From a virus, in the IMG/VR virus record IMGVR_UViG_3300050015_000600, positions 12,487 to 76,486 of that record: a stretch of DNA of 64,000 bases. The stretch is one strand, 5' to 3'. How positions within the stretch are numbered: the stretch's first letter is position 1; the number at the start of each line of letters is the position of its first letter. Shown in pieces: positions 50,522 to 60,926 of this stretch. Both the position numbers and the translations under genes were made by a program. The notes below the pieces were generated by a model, which was not told the origin of the DNA, ran no database searches, and saw only the letters and a list, made by a program, of their open reading frames with translations.

Positions 50522-51283
50522 CTAATGTACTTCTACAGCTAATTCTTTTAAAGTAATTTCTTTTTCTTTGGTGTCAAGAGCAGCCGTCGTAATCGTCCCA
50601 GGTGTCGTATTTGCATCCCCTCTTAATTCCTTAGCGAATTTAGGTGCCCAGCTTACCCCTGGAATAGGAGGATATGCTTCGTCTATTGGTATTGGTGCCG
50701 GCTTTTGCCTCTTTAGTTCTTCCTTCAAAGCCGCAAGAACAACGCCTGGTCTAACAAAACTCTCATTGTTTCTCGGATAGCCCTGCCATACAGCCCATGT
50801 CTCTTTTCTAAAGAACTGTGAATTAGCATATAGGTTCTCGTGCAACTTATGTCCAAAATGCTTAGGGTTATTTTGCCCCCAAAGAACTATACCGCGCTTC
50901 CCGTATTTTGCTCCCGCGTGTTGCAAGTAAGTGTCGCTCGATATAAAAGTCTTCGAGCCAAGTAATAAATCTCTCATTTGTTGTAACGTCAAATCCGGTC
51001 TTTTCTCGTCTATGCCATCTATAGCCGGCTCCATCCCTAAACCCGTTTGAATAACTTTTAGCTTAGGGAATGTTAGTTTAATAGCTTTTACAAGCTCGTT
51101 CCAATAAGGATAATTCTTAGCGTTCTCGTGCCATTTACCCTCTTTGTCCTGCCATGAACTTGCAAAAGGCATTATTAGTATGTAATCGCCCTCCGGCAAG
51201 TCGCCTGTGCCTTTCGCCTGCGACATAATCTCTTTCATCGCGTATTTCTGGCTGGTCTCTTGTTCAATATTAATTTTTATCAT
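50522..51283 (-). CDS. GT9-like glycosyltransferase, C-terminal Rossmann half
   Basis: KNYPYW..LV, VIQTG, FISSDT...H, GIVLWG..NP..FG. Confidence 0.75.
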   Translation of the reverse strand: MIKINIEQETSQKYAMKEIMSQAKGTGDLPEGDYILIMPFASSWQDKEGKWHENAKNYPYWNELVKAIKLTFPKLKVIQTGLGMEPAIDGIDEKRPDLTLQQMRDLLLGSKTFISSDTYLQHAGAKYGKRGIVLWGQNNPKHFGHKLHENLYANSQFFRKETWAVWQGYPRNNESFVRPGVVLAALKEELKRQKPAPIPIDEAYPPIPGVSWAPKFAKELRGDANTTPGTITTAALDTKEKEITLKELAVEVH

Positions 51284-51284
51284 T

Positions 51285-52832
51285 TTATGCTCCTGTGTGT
51301 ATTGGTATTAAATATTCTGATGCTTTTGTGTTGTCCTGACTCATTGTCTGTACCGGCTGTAAATGCCAATATGTCGTTGTCGGTATAACAAACAACTTCT
51401 TTCCTGATTGCGTAGCTCTTAAACAAAAAGCAGTATCTTCGCAGACTGTCATCTCTAATGACCAGTCCGGTTGGTGTAGTTTGTCGTCTTTCTTAAATGC
51501 AAAACAATGCCCGTGCAAGAATCCTACTTGTACAGGTTCTGTAAATACTTTATCAAACTCTGTAGTAGATAAGAAATTCTTCTCCAAGGTCTCCGCGTCA
51601 AACGTATTCTTGTTGTCTGGGTCGTAAGGTATCATCTTATGCGCCCATTTGGTAGCACAACCGTACAGGCTGTCTCCGTCGTTATTAAGCGCATCTACAA
51701 AAGTTTCGACTAAATTGTTCTCTGCAAAGCCGTCATCATCTAATCGTATTATATAGTCAGTCGGCATTTCATACGTTGCTCGGTTATGGTTATATGTCTG
51801 ATGTTTCTTATCGCCCTCTTTGTGCTCTATCGTTACGCCTTTGCGAAGTGCTAATCTCAATATCATAGACATATCGTAATCCTGCATCATATCATAAGGT
51901 TCGCCGTCGTTATAAATACAAATATAGTCCGGCAGAACCGATTGCGTCAATATGCTTAACAAAGCCGTCCAAAGCCTGTGTTTTCTATTCTTAGTACTAA
52001 AGTAGCATCCGGTCAAGTATGGTTTGTATGGTTTTTCGTTGTCTATTTTGTATTCGTGCATCTCGCATCGTGCAACAGGGTAGAGCTGTTCGTATAGTTC
52101 AACCATCCAGCTCTTTCCGTACATGCCGCACATGTGTAGTATAGCGGGAATATAGGCGAATAAGTCGTTGTATAATATCACTTTATTATTCATAGTATCA
52201 TACGCTTTTTGATATTGCATGATAGCGACACGCTCGTCGTTTATTAATTTAATATTATTTGTATAGCAGACATGTTGAAGTAAGTTTTGATCAACGGTTA
52301 TCCCTGTCGCGTCAGTAGTAAGCATTAGTCGTGTAACTTTCTTGAAGGTTTTGCCATTCATAGTCAACACGCCTGCGTTATAAACCGGCTCGCCACCGTA
52401 TATTTCTTTATATTTCCCGCCCCAATAGTTCATACACCATGTACTGTCTTTGTGTTTTATCCCTTCGTCGCATAAGTATATTACGTCGTCTTCTATTTTT
52501 ATGTCTTTAAGTTTATCCTGAAATAACACATCAAATGTATCGCACAGGATAATTGTTTCGTCGTCTTCGTAATTACTGCTGATTTGATAAAACCAATCCC
52601 AGCGTGCTCTATACCAGCATTGCGTAGGCTCCCAAAACAACTTATCTACTTTTCTGCTTTCTATTGTCATATTACCGAAATATTGTTGTATCTTCCCGCA
52701 TTGTTCTTCGTTTAGCGTTCCTTTAGGGTCTGCTATTAACCAATCTATACGAAAATCATTGTCATGCCTTCTTATAGTGTCAAATAGTTTATATGCTTTT
52801 ATGTCGTAGCTCGAACAAGTTATTAGTTTCAT
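51285..52832 (-). CDS. two-domain GT-A glycosyltransferase
   Basis: N-domain CDTFDVLFQ/NAGV/DQ; C-domain GT2-like SILTQS, RLDDD, CED. Confidence 0.75.
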   Translation of the reverse strand: MKLITCSSYDIKAYKLFDTIRRHDNDFRIDWLIADPKGTLNEEQCGKIQQYFGNMTIESRKVDKLFWEPTQCWYRARWDWFYQISSNYEDDETIILCDTFDVLFQDKLKDIKIEDDVIYLCDEGIKHKDSTWCMNYWGGKYKEIYGGEPVYNAGVLTMNGKTFKKVTRLMLTTDATGITVDQNLLQHVCYTNNIKLINDERVAIMQYQKAYDTMNNKVILYNDLFAYIPAILHMCGMYGKSWMVELYEQLYPVARCEMHEYKIDNEKPYKPYLTGCYFSTKNRKHRLWTALLSILTQSVLPDYICIYNDGEPYDMMQDYDMSMILRLALRKGVTIEHKEGDKKHQTYNHNRATYEMPTDYIIRLDDDGFAENNLVETFVDALNNDGDSLYGCATKWAHKMIPYDPDNKNTFDAETLEKNFLSTTEFDKVFTEPVQVGFLHGHCFAFKKDDKLHQPDWSLEMTVCEDTAFCLRATQSGKKLFVIPTTTYWHLQPVQTMSQDNTKASEYLIPIHTGA

Positions 52833-53617
52833 AAGTTATATCCTAATATTTGTTTTTCTATAGAAAGGCATTTTTCTGTAGAAAATAATTTCTCCATAGT
52901 GTTTTTTAGATGTTCAAACATGTGTCGCCCATTAAAATGCGCTATTGTTACTATTTTGCTGTTATGATGCAATTTATCGTTATTGATATGATATTTATTA
53001 TTATAAACCGCTAATATTTCAGGATTGTTTATTAATTTGATATTCAATTTGTCACATACCCATTGTAATAGATTTTGGTCAGAATATATACCTGGATTGT
53101 TACCATAAGCCATTTCTGAAGACAATGTTTTAAATGTTTTGCCGTTCATAACAAGCGCACCGGAGTTTACGACGGGACTATTTTTGTATGTTTCTCGTTT
53201 AGCCGTATCAAACCAACCAGTACAACAATTATTATCTTTGTACAACATCCCTTCATAGCCGCAATATATATGACTGTCTGGTATATCTCCAAATGTACAT
53301 AGTTTCTGTATCACTACGTCGTTACCATCGCATCTCAATATTGTTTCGTTGTCTGATAATGTATATGCCACTTGTGTTATCGCTTCCCATTGCGGTTGCT
53401 GGAGACATGGCAGAGCACCCCAAAATCCATTCTTTGCATAGTAATATATTATATCCATATTGCCGAAATATTCTTTTATTAACCCCGTGTCGCTAACGCT
53501 TAATGGTTGTTTATCTGCCAAAATCCAAATAATTTTATCGGTAGAGTTGTATTGCCTAAAAGTGTCAAATAATCTATAGACATCGGCACTATAGCTCGAA
53601 CACGTCAACAGAATCAT
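52829..53617 (-). CDS. GT-A glycosyltransferase, paralog of the 515-aa N-domain
   Basis: CDGNDV, NSG, MNGKTFK and DQNLLQ shared with the neighbour. Confidence 0.7.
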   Translation of the reverse strand: MILLTCSSYSADVYRLFDTFRQYNSTDKIIWILADKQPLSVSDTGLIKEYFGNMDIIYYYAKNGFWGALPCLQQPQWEAITQVAYTLSDNETILRCDGNDVVIQKLCTFGDIPDSHIYCGYEGMLYKDNNCCTGWFDTAKRETYKNSPVVNSGALVMNGKTFKTLSSEMAYGNNPGIYSDQNLLQWVCDKLNIKLINNPEILAVYNNKYHINNDKLHHNSKIVTIAHFNGRHMFEHLKNTMEKLFSTEKCLSIEKQILGYNL

Positions 53618-54234
53618 ACAGGCTCCTTTGCCAACCACGAAGTATCTTCGTAAATTAGTAATTTATCAGATGGATAGCCGAAATTTTCGCATACCGTCGG
53701 CACATCCCATCTGTCGTGGACGTAATCGTGTCCAGCTAATATATATGGTCTTTTCTTGGTGTAGTTTTTAATATTTAACATATCTGTATATACGCCTACA
53801 TAAGAATGGTCGCCGTCTATATAAAACATATCCACTTCGATATTTAATTTATTTAGTACCTCAACCATATTTGTCGAAGTTCCGCGTATTTTTATAGTTT
53901 CTGTTCCAAATTGCTCCCGCACCGCCTTGATGACTTCATTTAGCACTAATTCGGGTCTCAACAAGTCCGTTCTGCTTGCGACATCGTCCTCGCAATATCC
54001 ATTCTCATAAGGATCAACTGTTATATATATATCGGGTTTCAATGCTTCGCATATCGTGTACATCCCTTCGCCGGAGTAACTGCCTATTTCTACGAATGCT
54101 TTGATAGGTCGTGGTAATATTTTCTGTGCTTGTTGCAGCATATCAGTTAAACCACGTGTATCATGTGCTTGTGTTCGCATCGGACATGGTGTTGTGCGCC
54201 ACAATTGTTTTAATTCTTCTATTGTTGCGCTCAT
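53614..54234 (-). CDS. class I SAM methyltransferase (Methyltransf_24-like)
   Basis: VEIGSYSGE, VDPY, YIDGDHSY, AGHDY. Confidence 0.85.
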   Translation of the reverse strand: MSATIEELKQLWRTTPCPMRTQAHDTRGLTDMLQQAQKILPRPIKAFVEIGSYSGEGMYTICEALKPDIYITVDPYENGYCEDDVASRTDLLRPELVLNEVIKAVREQFGTETIKIRGTSTNMVEVLNKLNIEVDMFYIDGDHSYVGVYTDMLNIKNYTKKRPYILAGHDYVHDRWDVPTVCENFGYPSDKLLIYEDTSWLAKEPV

Positions 54235-54866
54235 TCCATACACTCCTTAAGCATCCAAGAATCATCTGCAAAATGGTGAATTTTGTCGTCTGTTATATCA
54301 ACCTTCTCTAAAGCATCTTTGACATCCTGCAACACATAATCATGTCCGGCTAAAACACACTGATATTTGAAGTCGATATGTTTAGCATTGCGTAAATCAT
54401 TTAACACGTTAATATAGTCGTGTGCTCCGTCTATGTATATCATGTCTATGCAAATCTGAAGCGTATTAATAACTTTAACCGCGTCATCACTTGTGCCTCG
54501 GATTTTGATTACTGTAGTTCCGTATTCCTGTTTAACATATTCTATAACTTTATTACAAGCGTTCTCTATAAGCATAAATTCTTCGGGGCTTTTCCAAGTA
54601 CTGCCAAGGTCTTCGTTAAAATACGGGTCAACAGATATAAATATCAAAGGTTTTAATTCCTTGCAAATTAGATACATACTCTCACCCATAAAACTACCGA
54701 TTTCTAAGATAGTCTCCATTTGCCCGTTTAATTCTTTAGCCTTAGCGCATAAATCTATCATTCCTTGGTACATATTTCCGTCGGGATTCCACAGATTGCC
54801 GCCCTTGTTACGCATGATCTGATGCTTGCTCCACAGCTTATACATATCTTCATATTTAATCGCCAT
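54231..54866 (-). CDS. class I SAM methyltransferase (Methyltransf_24-like), paralog
   Basis: LEIGSFMGES, VDPY, YIDGAHDY, AGHDY. Confidence 0.85.
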   Translation of the reverse strand: MAIKYEDMYKLWSKHQIMRNKGGNLWNPDGNMYQGMIDLCAKAKELNGQMETILEIGSFMGESMYLICKELKPLIFISVDPYFNEDLGSTWKSPEEFMLIENACNKVIEYVKQEYGTTVIKIRGTSDDAVKVINTLQICIDMIYIDGAHDYINVLNDLRNAKHIDFKYQCVLAGHDYVLQDVKDALEKVDITDDKIHHFADDSWMLKECME

Positions 54867-56553
54867 GGATATATCCCTCGTCATACTTCTCGGTGTACAT
54901 TTCTACCATACCGTCAACAAAACTGCCTTGCCAATTCACCATTGCCATCCAATGATATATCGAATTTTTAGCAAAGTGACACATTGCGCCTTCTTCTAAA
55001 GTAATATACTCTACATTCTCCTGCTCACCGATTTCTTCTATCAATTCCTTCCAATCTGTAGAAACAATAACCTTCTTTCCGCGCTCTTTCCAATAATCTA
55101 TAATCTTAGGCATAGCCATACTATACATCAAAGCGTCGCCCTTAGCGAATGATAAGAAGCATAATATACTGTCTTTTAAAACAACTAGGCCGTTTGCCGC
55201 TCTGTACCTACTGAATGCTTCTCCGTCCGCTTTAAAACAATATTGCCTGTAAGGGTCAGTAGCCTTGCTGTTGCGTATTCCGCCGGAAGGGTATCTTAAG
55301 TGATACATGATAGTATTTTTTAACACTACTAATTTCTTGCCGGTTTTGAATATGTTGTAGCTAAACTGAGTTTCCTCTGTATGTCCCACAGGAGACAAAC
55401 CTTCGGGATAGCCTTCGCTTGCCAAAGCCGCGTTTGTTCTGTACATAAAACTACAATGCAAATGCTCAGGGTAAACATCTTCGTCTAACTGATACCATTG
55501 CGGTGTCACGTGTTCGTGTGTGCTTAATAGTCCTTTCGCCCATTTTGGCTGTTTCCTGTTCGAACCTGGTATCCAAACCTGCCCCGCTACAGCTCCGATT
55601 TCTTCGTTTTCGTCAATATCTAATTTCCAGCGCATGTTGCCTATAGCGTCCGGTGTTAATATACAATCGTCGTCTAATCTCAATATATAATCGAATTTCG
55701 TACCTTCGGTTTTGAGTATATGCTGATGCTGTACTGTCTGTCCTGTACCGCCTGGCGTGAATGCCATTCTGAAGGCTATACCTCGCTGCCACAGCATTTT
55801 TGTTATGTATTGATACATTGGATGCTCTTGATAGTTGATACGCTCACTAGGAGGATTATCGTCTATCAAAATAAATTCGTCCGGCAATACTTCGCTGTTT
55901 AAGATTGAAGTTATAGCCAATGGCAATGTAGTCTCACTTCTGCCCGCTGAAACAATGTAAGCTAATAAGGTTGGTCTGCCAAGGACTTCGCAGTCCATAA
56001 TCACATCTGTTTCTTGCTTTTGTACGTTTAAACACGCATCGCACAAGTAGTTTTCATTAATAAAATCATGTGGCATATAGCATGCTTTGCCTGTCTGCCT
56101 ATCTATCATCCTGCCGTACCATTTTTTATAAAGCGGATTGCGTCTTGCGTTAGCCGGAGATGTCAAAATATGTAAATTGCTACACTTTTTTTGTAATGTT
56201 TCGATTTCTTCTGTTGTTGGGCTTATATACTCATCTCTGTCGAGTATAAATATATAGTCTGATTTTTCGAGTTTGTCGTATTCTAAGTTGTCTAAATCTT
56301 TTCTCACGAACTTAATGTTAAGTTCCTCGTATCCTTCGATTTTCTTTGCCTGTGTGATAGCGAACTCGTTCTGGTCGAAAGCGAGAATGCCGTAGTGAAC
56401 GCCCTTTGCTTTAAGAGCCTTCGCTAATGCTACAGTCCCTTCACCGTTTCTACAGCCAATCTCTATAATCCTTTGCGGCTGTCCGGTTGCGGGAACATTC
56501 TCTGCCATCGCTTCGTACATTCGTATCATTTCATCGTTACTTCTGAATTTCAT
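54856..56553 (-). CDS. fusion: methyltransferase-like + GT2 + GT9 N-terminal half
   Basis: IEIGCRNG; LIDD, RLDDD, EET; C-terminal AKGDALM...P.I...W. Confidence 0.7.
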   Translation of the reverse strand: MKFRSNDEMIRMYEAMAENVPATGQPQRIIEIGCRNGEGTVALAKALKAKGVHYGILAFDQNEFAITQAKKIEGYEELNIKFVRKDLDNLEYDKLEKSDYIFILDRDEYISPTTEEIETLQKKCSNLHILTSPANARRNPLYKKWYGRMIDRQTGKACYMPHDFINENYLCDACLNVQKQETDVIMDCEVLGRPTLLAYIVSAGRSETTLPLAITSILNSEVLPDEFILIDDNPPSERINYQEHPMYQYITKMLWQRGIAFRMAFTPGGTGQTVQHQHILKTEGTKFDYILRLDDDCILTPDAIGNMRWKLDIDENEEIGAVAGQVWIPGSNRKQPKWAKGLLSTHEHVTPQWYQLDEDVYPEHLHCSFMYRTNAALASEGYPEGLSPVGHTEETQFSYNIFKTGKKLVVLKNTIMYHLRYPSGGIRNSKATDPYRQYCFKADGEAFSRYRAANGLVVLKDSILCFLSFAKGDALMYSMAMPKIIDYWKERGKKVIVSTDWKELIEEIGEQENVEYITLEEGAMCHFAKNSIYHWMAMVNWQGSFVDGMVEMYTEKYDEGYIHGD

Positions 56554-56682
56554 TTAATTAGTTGCTCCTGTATGTAAAAATTCTATTCCTATTATTAAAA
56601 ATGTGTCAAAATTTACTTGACGTTTTACTATTTTTTATATTATTGTATTTTGTTGGTTTATGAACAAAAATTAATTTTTCTT

Positions 56683-57306
56683 TTAATATTCTGTAGTTCC
56701 AAGGTATTCGACGTGTACATAACCGCCTAACACTTCATTAGCATGGTACTGACAATTCGGCAACTCTAATTTAACAAACAATACGTTTGTTCCTGTTACT
56801 TCAAGTATAGCAGAACCTTGTAAACTAGTGTTGTATAGCTTAGGCGGGTCTGTTACTCCGACTACTTCTATTACAGGACTTACGTCCAATAATTCGCGTA
56901 ATGGTGAACCGAGCGGGTCATTATATATTGAAAACGTTTGCGCACCGATTGTACTTGCATGTACCAAAGGATTATCGTTCCAATAAGAAGAATATTCTTT
57001 AAATCTTATAAAGCCGTCCACCTGATAAAAACCGCTGTATGGCAAAGTGCCTGCCAATGGTATTGGCCATATCAACGGGCTGCCATTCGCTCCTACTGCC
57101 ATCGGTGGTATAGTGTATCTTTTAAACCATTCTATAGGTTTGTTTAGTATCTCTGCTACGCCCGATGTCGCATTCCAATCAGAATTAACTTGCTCTGGCG
57201 GCGTTCCTGAATAAAAACCGGATGTAAATTCGCCTACCATAGTTCCTACGTCGAACCAATCTGCTTCTGCTGTAGTATCGTCTTTTAATAAAGCCTTTTT
57301 GCTCAT
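56683..57306 (-). CDS. tail fibre-associated protein
   Basis: QVNSDWNATSGVAEILNKP fibre motif; follows the fibre gene. Confidence 0.6.
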   Translation of the reverse strand: MSKKALLKDDTTAEADWFDVGTMVGEFTSGFYSGTPPEQVNSDWNATSGVAEILNKPIEWFKRYTIPPMAVGANGSPLIWPIPLAGTLPYSGFYQVDGFIRFKEYSSYWNDNPLVHASTIGAQTFSIYNDPLGSPLRELLDVSPVIEVVGVTDPPKLYNTSLQGSAILEVTGTNVLFVKLELPNCQYHANEVLGGYVHVEYLGTTEY

Positions 57307-57317
57307 CTATCTGTTCC

Positions 57318-60300
57318 TTATAATCTCGCTTCTGTAAAATATCCTGCCGCATGCCAAGTGATTGTTGTCCCTGCTACGCCTGTTGCTTTTACCACCAATG
57401 CTTTATTAGTAGCGTCGGCTTCTACTATCGCGCTCCAAGTCGGGTCGTCTTCGCCAATTATAAATATTGTCGGAGTTCCAACGAATACTACATTATCAAC
57501 ATTATCCCGACGAATAATGCCCTCTATTCGATAGCTTGCTCCTTGCGTTCCGTTACTTTTTAATGCTATGACATCAATATTAAATTTTATGGCTGATTTT
57601 GGCAACAATACGCAACGAACGGATGCCTCTCCGCCAAGAAATAGCTCGGTTTGTGTCGCGTTTGTTGTATTTCCATACCAACTAACTTGACTACGTATTT
57701 TTTTATTAGGGTCAACACCATCAGCACAGATAGCAAATTCCCCCTGCCTCTGGCTAACTGTCTTGTATCCAAGGGCTACTGCCATTTTAAGTTCATTGGC
57801 ACGCGCATAGTTGCCTAATGCCGTGTTATAATTTGAAGCAATAGCACCATAACCAAACGCCGCACTATAATCTTCTCCTGTACTATATGTCCCGTAGGCC
57901 ACACTACTATTGCCACCTGTCGCACCGTATCCTATCGTTGTGCTAAAGCCATATCCTGTCGCTGTTTTACCAATAATAACGTTATATCCATAATTCTCGT
58001 CAGTATATTGCCATGTAGCACCATTAAAGACAACATCAATCGAAGCATTTGGATATAATTTATGACTGTATGAAACACCGTTGAATTGTATTTCGAGATA
58101 ATTAGTTGATGTAAATGTCATAGTATTCAATATATGGAATCGCTTGCCTTCTGTCATGCCGGCGTTTGGTAAATTGACTATATTGGATGCCGCTGAATTA
58201 ATATATTGGAATGTTTTGTCAGTTACGGCTAAAGTTTTTGTTCCTGTTATTGTTTCGACATTCACTAAGTCTGGTTTTGCAAAACTCAAATCATCCAGCT
58301 TTTGCATACACAACTGTACATTAGTATCGCCGCTTGTCAAATTACCATCAAAACCGCTTGCTGTAACTACTATGTCATGCGCCGCTTTGTCCCAAGCATG
58401 GAAAAATGGGTCAACTTCTTCTTCTGTGCCGCCGGCGATAACATCGAAAATGTCCTGTTTGAATATATGTCCGCTCGCCCAAGTAGTAACTCTAAACTCA
58501 GGGTCAACGTCATTTTGATAACCTGCATAAGGTTCGTCTTCTATATTATGATAAAAATTTATAGCTACAGGAACAGTAGGCAATCCGGTTTCATCTTTGA
58601 TGTCCTGCCAATTCAACGTTACCGTATGTTGTGCTACATCTGTGCCGGGAAAAGAGCCGCTAATTAATTGCTCATTATGTAGCGAGGTTATACCATGCCT
58701 TGCGGAATCATAAATCACGTCTTCTATTACGCCACGCGTGAAGTAACCGCTTGATTCTATTACTGTTCGATAACTCGGTGTGCTCGTAGGCGTTATTAAC
58801 TCTATTTCGCTATGCGGGAAGTATTTTATATACACATCAAGAAGCGGCGATGGCGTTACAGGCAAAGCCGCATCTTTCCACTCCAAAGAATCAACTTTAT
58901 AAGGTTCTGAATCTTCGTTTAGAGGCGGTATGCCGGAAACTAAATGTCTGTTGTTCGGTTGTTGCCAATGCCATGTTGTTATACCTAAGTTCCCGTCTCC
59001 TCCTAACCACGCTTCCGGTATCGGCATGCGTATATGTGAAGGTTCGTAAGTCGTTAATATTTGGTCAGGGTCGTAAACCGTATTATCTTCGTATAAAGCG
59101 GGATAACTCAAATGTTCCGGCGGGACGCTATTATCACCAGCGTCATACTGCGGATAATTTCTCATTACGCCGCCTGTAGTCAACGCAGGCGGAGATGCTT
59201 CTGTATCATGGTCGTCTTTATCGTTCCGAATCCCTATTTTGACAACCAATCTATCATATTTATTCCAATGTTCGCAATTGAATTTTTTCTCTACTTGGTG
59301 CTGTTTGTAATGCCATCTGTAACTATAGTCATAACCCGAATGTGTTATATCAACAGGTAGCGGTGGTATCCATATATAATCTATTAACGTTTCTGTTCCG
59401 CCAATCCCGTATCGCCAAAAAGTCAAATCGTAATCTGATAACGTATGGCCAATGATTACATTTGCGAACCAATTGCCTACGTGAGATAATTGTGATACTG
59501 GGAATCCACTTGGTGTTATCCAACCGGAATGTGAATCCCAAGGGCTAATTTTCCCATGGTATCCCGACCATCCGTCATAACCTAATTGACCTACATAATT
59601 AGGATTACCTTGTATATCCAATCTATTAATATTTCCGCTATAACTGCTATCGACGTATATATCGCCACTGCCTCGTGTTACGTTACCTGTTCCAGGTGCC
59701 CATAAATCATCTGGTCTGTTGCAATCGAATAAAAAATATTGTGGTATATCTGATTCTACTTTAGTAAAATACCAAATCCAGCCCTTGTCTTCGCTTGCCG
59801 CTCCGCTGCCATTAGTTCCATCTGTGCCGTCTGTACCGTTCGTTCCGTCAAAATAATCTATATTCTTTCTTGGAGTATAGCCGGATTCACCTGTGTCTCC
59901 TTTATCACCCTTGTCGCCCTTGTCTCCTTTTTCTCCGCTCAATAAGGCACCGCTGAAATATCCGCTCCAATTGTTGCCGCTTATATAAGTATCTACACCG
60001 CTCTTTATTCCCGACATATCGACAAATACAAATCCTTTTATCTCGGAGCTGTATCTCGAATCACTACCTCCTGTCGCCGCTTGCCACAACACAGTATCGT
60101 CAACTATCTCGCCACTCCAAATAACCTCTGAAATAACATAGTCGTCTGGCAGGTTAGTTCCGTCTATAAAGTCAACCTTGCTGATTTTATATGGTACTTG
60201 CCATCCAGGAATATCACTCGAATTAATCTGTACTTCTATTCCGCCAGCGTCCAATCCGCTGATATAGATGCCGCTCTCTATAAAACCACTTAGCACGCCG

Positions 60301-60926
60301 GAGAAGTCATAGCCGCTCATCCAAGTTTCTATAGTATCCGTTATGCCGGATAAATCAACATAAGCCACAGCGTTTATATTCGCTCTATAGCGCGTATCAT
60401 TAGCTCCTGTATGCAACTGCCATAACGCCTCATCGCTTGCCATACTCCCGCTAAAATGTATCGGAGTTTCTATATAGGTCAAAGGCAGATCGCCGCTTGG
60501 ATTAACAAAATTAATCTTATTGGTTTTATAATCAGGGTAAACAGCACTCAAATCGGTCAAGTCAGTTTGTACTTCTATACCGAAATAATCAGCTACGAAC
60601 CCATCCTTGCCGTTCTGTCCTGATATTCCACTATCTCCTTTTTCTCCCTTTTCAAGAATGCCGCTGTTAAATACATTATTGACATAATTATACAAAGGCG
60701 AATCGCCTCCGCGACCGCCTACGGGTGGAGTTATAGCTTTTTCAATAGACGCAACTTTTGGGTCAATTGAATCTATCTTGTCTGCCATAGTATTGACGCC
60801 TAGCTGTATCCTTCTAAATTCTTCATTTATCTGCGCTGTGCCTTGCGGCGTGCTAGCATCATAGGTGTCTTGAACACTTATTCTCGTTTGTGAAGGTGGT
60901 TCTTTCGGTTGTCTTCGGATAGCCAT
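57318..60926 (-). CDS. tail fibre with collagen-like and YadA-head-like repeats
   Basis: GEKGDKGDKGDKGDTGE; IG..A/ALG..A repeats near the C-terminus. Confidence 0.75.
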   Translation of the reverse strand: MAIRRQPKEPPSQTRISVQDTYDASTPQGTAQINEEFRRIQLGVNTMADKIDSIDPKVASIEKAITPPVGGRGGDSPLYNYVNNVFNSGILEKGEKGDSGISGQNGKDGFVADYFGIEVQTDLTDLSAVYPDYKTNKINFVNPSGDLPLTYIETPIHFSGSMASDEALWQLHTGANDTRYRANINAVAYVDLSGITDTIETWMSGYDFSGVLSGFIESGIYISGLDAGGIEVQINSSDIPGWQVPYKISKVDFIDGTNLPDDYVISEVIWSGEIVDDTVLWQAATGGSDSRYSSEIKGFVFVDMSGIKSGVDTYISGNNWSGYFSGALLSGEKGDKGDKGDKGDTGESGYTPRKNIDYFDGTNGTDGTDGTNGSGAASEDKGWIWYFTKVESDIPQYFLFDCNRPDDLWAPGTGNVTRGSGDIYVDSSYSGNINRLDIQGNPNYVGQLGYDGWSGYHGKISPWDSHSGWITPSGFPVSQLSHVGNWFANVIIGHTLSDYDLTFWRYGIGGTETLIDYIWIPPLPVDITHSGYDYSYRWHYKQHQVEKKFNCEHWNKYDRLVVKIGIRNDKDDHDTEASPPALTTGGVMRNYPQYDAGDNSVPPEHLSYPALYEDNTVYDPDQILTTYEPSHIRMPIPEAWLGGDGNLGITTWHWQQPNNRHLVSGIPPLNEDSEPYKVDSLEWKDAALPVTPSPLLDVYIKYFPHSEIELITPTSTPSYRTVIESSGYFTRGVIEDVIYDSARHGITSLHNEQLISGSFPGTDVAQHTVTLNWQDIKDETGLPTVPVAINFYHNIEDEPYAGYQNDVDPEFRVTTWASGHIFKQDIFDVIAGGTEEEVDPFFHAWDKAAHDIVVTASGFDGNLTSGDTNVQLCMQKLDDLSFAKPDLVNVETITGTKTLAVTDKTFQYINSAASNIVNLPNAGMTEGKRFHILNTMTFTSTNYLEIQFNGVSYSHKLYPNASIDVVFNGATWQYTDENYGYNVIIGKTATGYGFSTTIGYGATGGNSSVAYGTYSTGEDYSAAFGYGAIASNYNTALGNYARANELKMAVALGYKTVSQRQGEFAICADGVDPNKKIRSQVSWYGNTTNATQTELFLGGEASVRCVLLPKSAIKFNIDVIALKSNGTQGASYRIEGIIRRDNVDNVVFVGTPTIFIIGEDDPTWSAIVEADATNKALVVKATGVAGTTITWHAAGYFTEARL

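Noticed and set aside
53614-54866. DNA methyltransferases
   Set aside because: No DPPY/NPPY or PC motifs; the IDG.H.Y/GHDY pattern fits small-molecule or glycan methyltransferases
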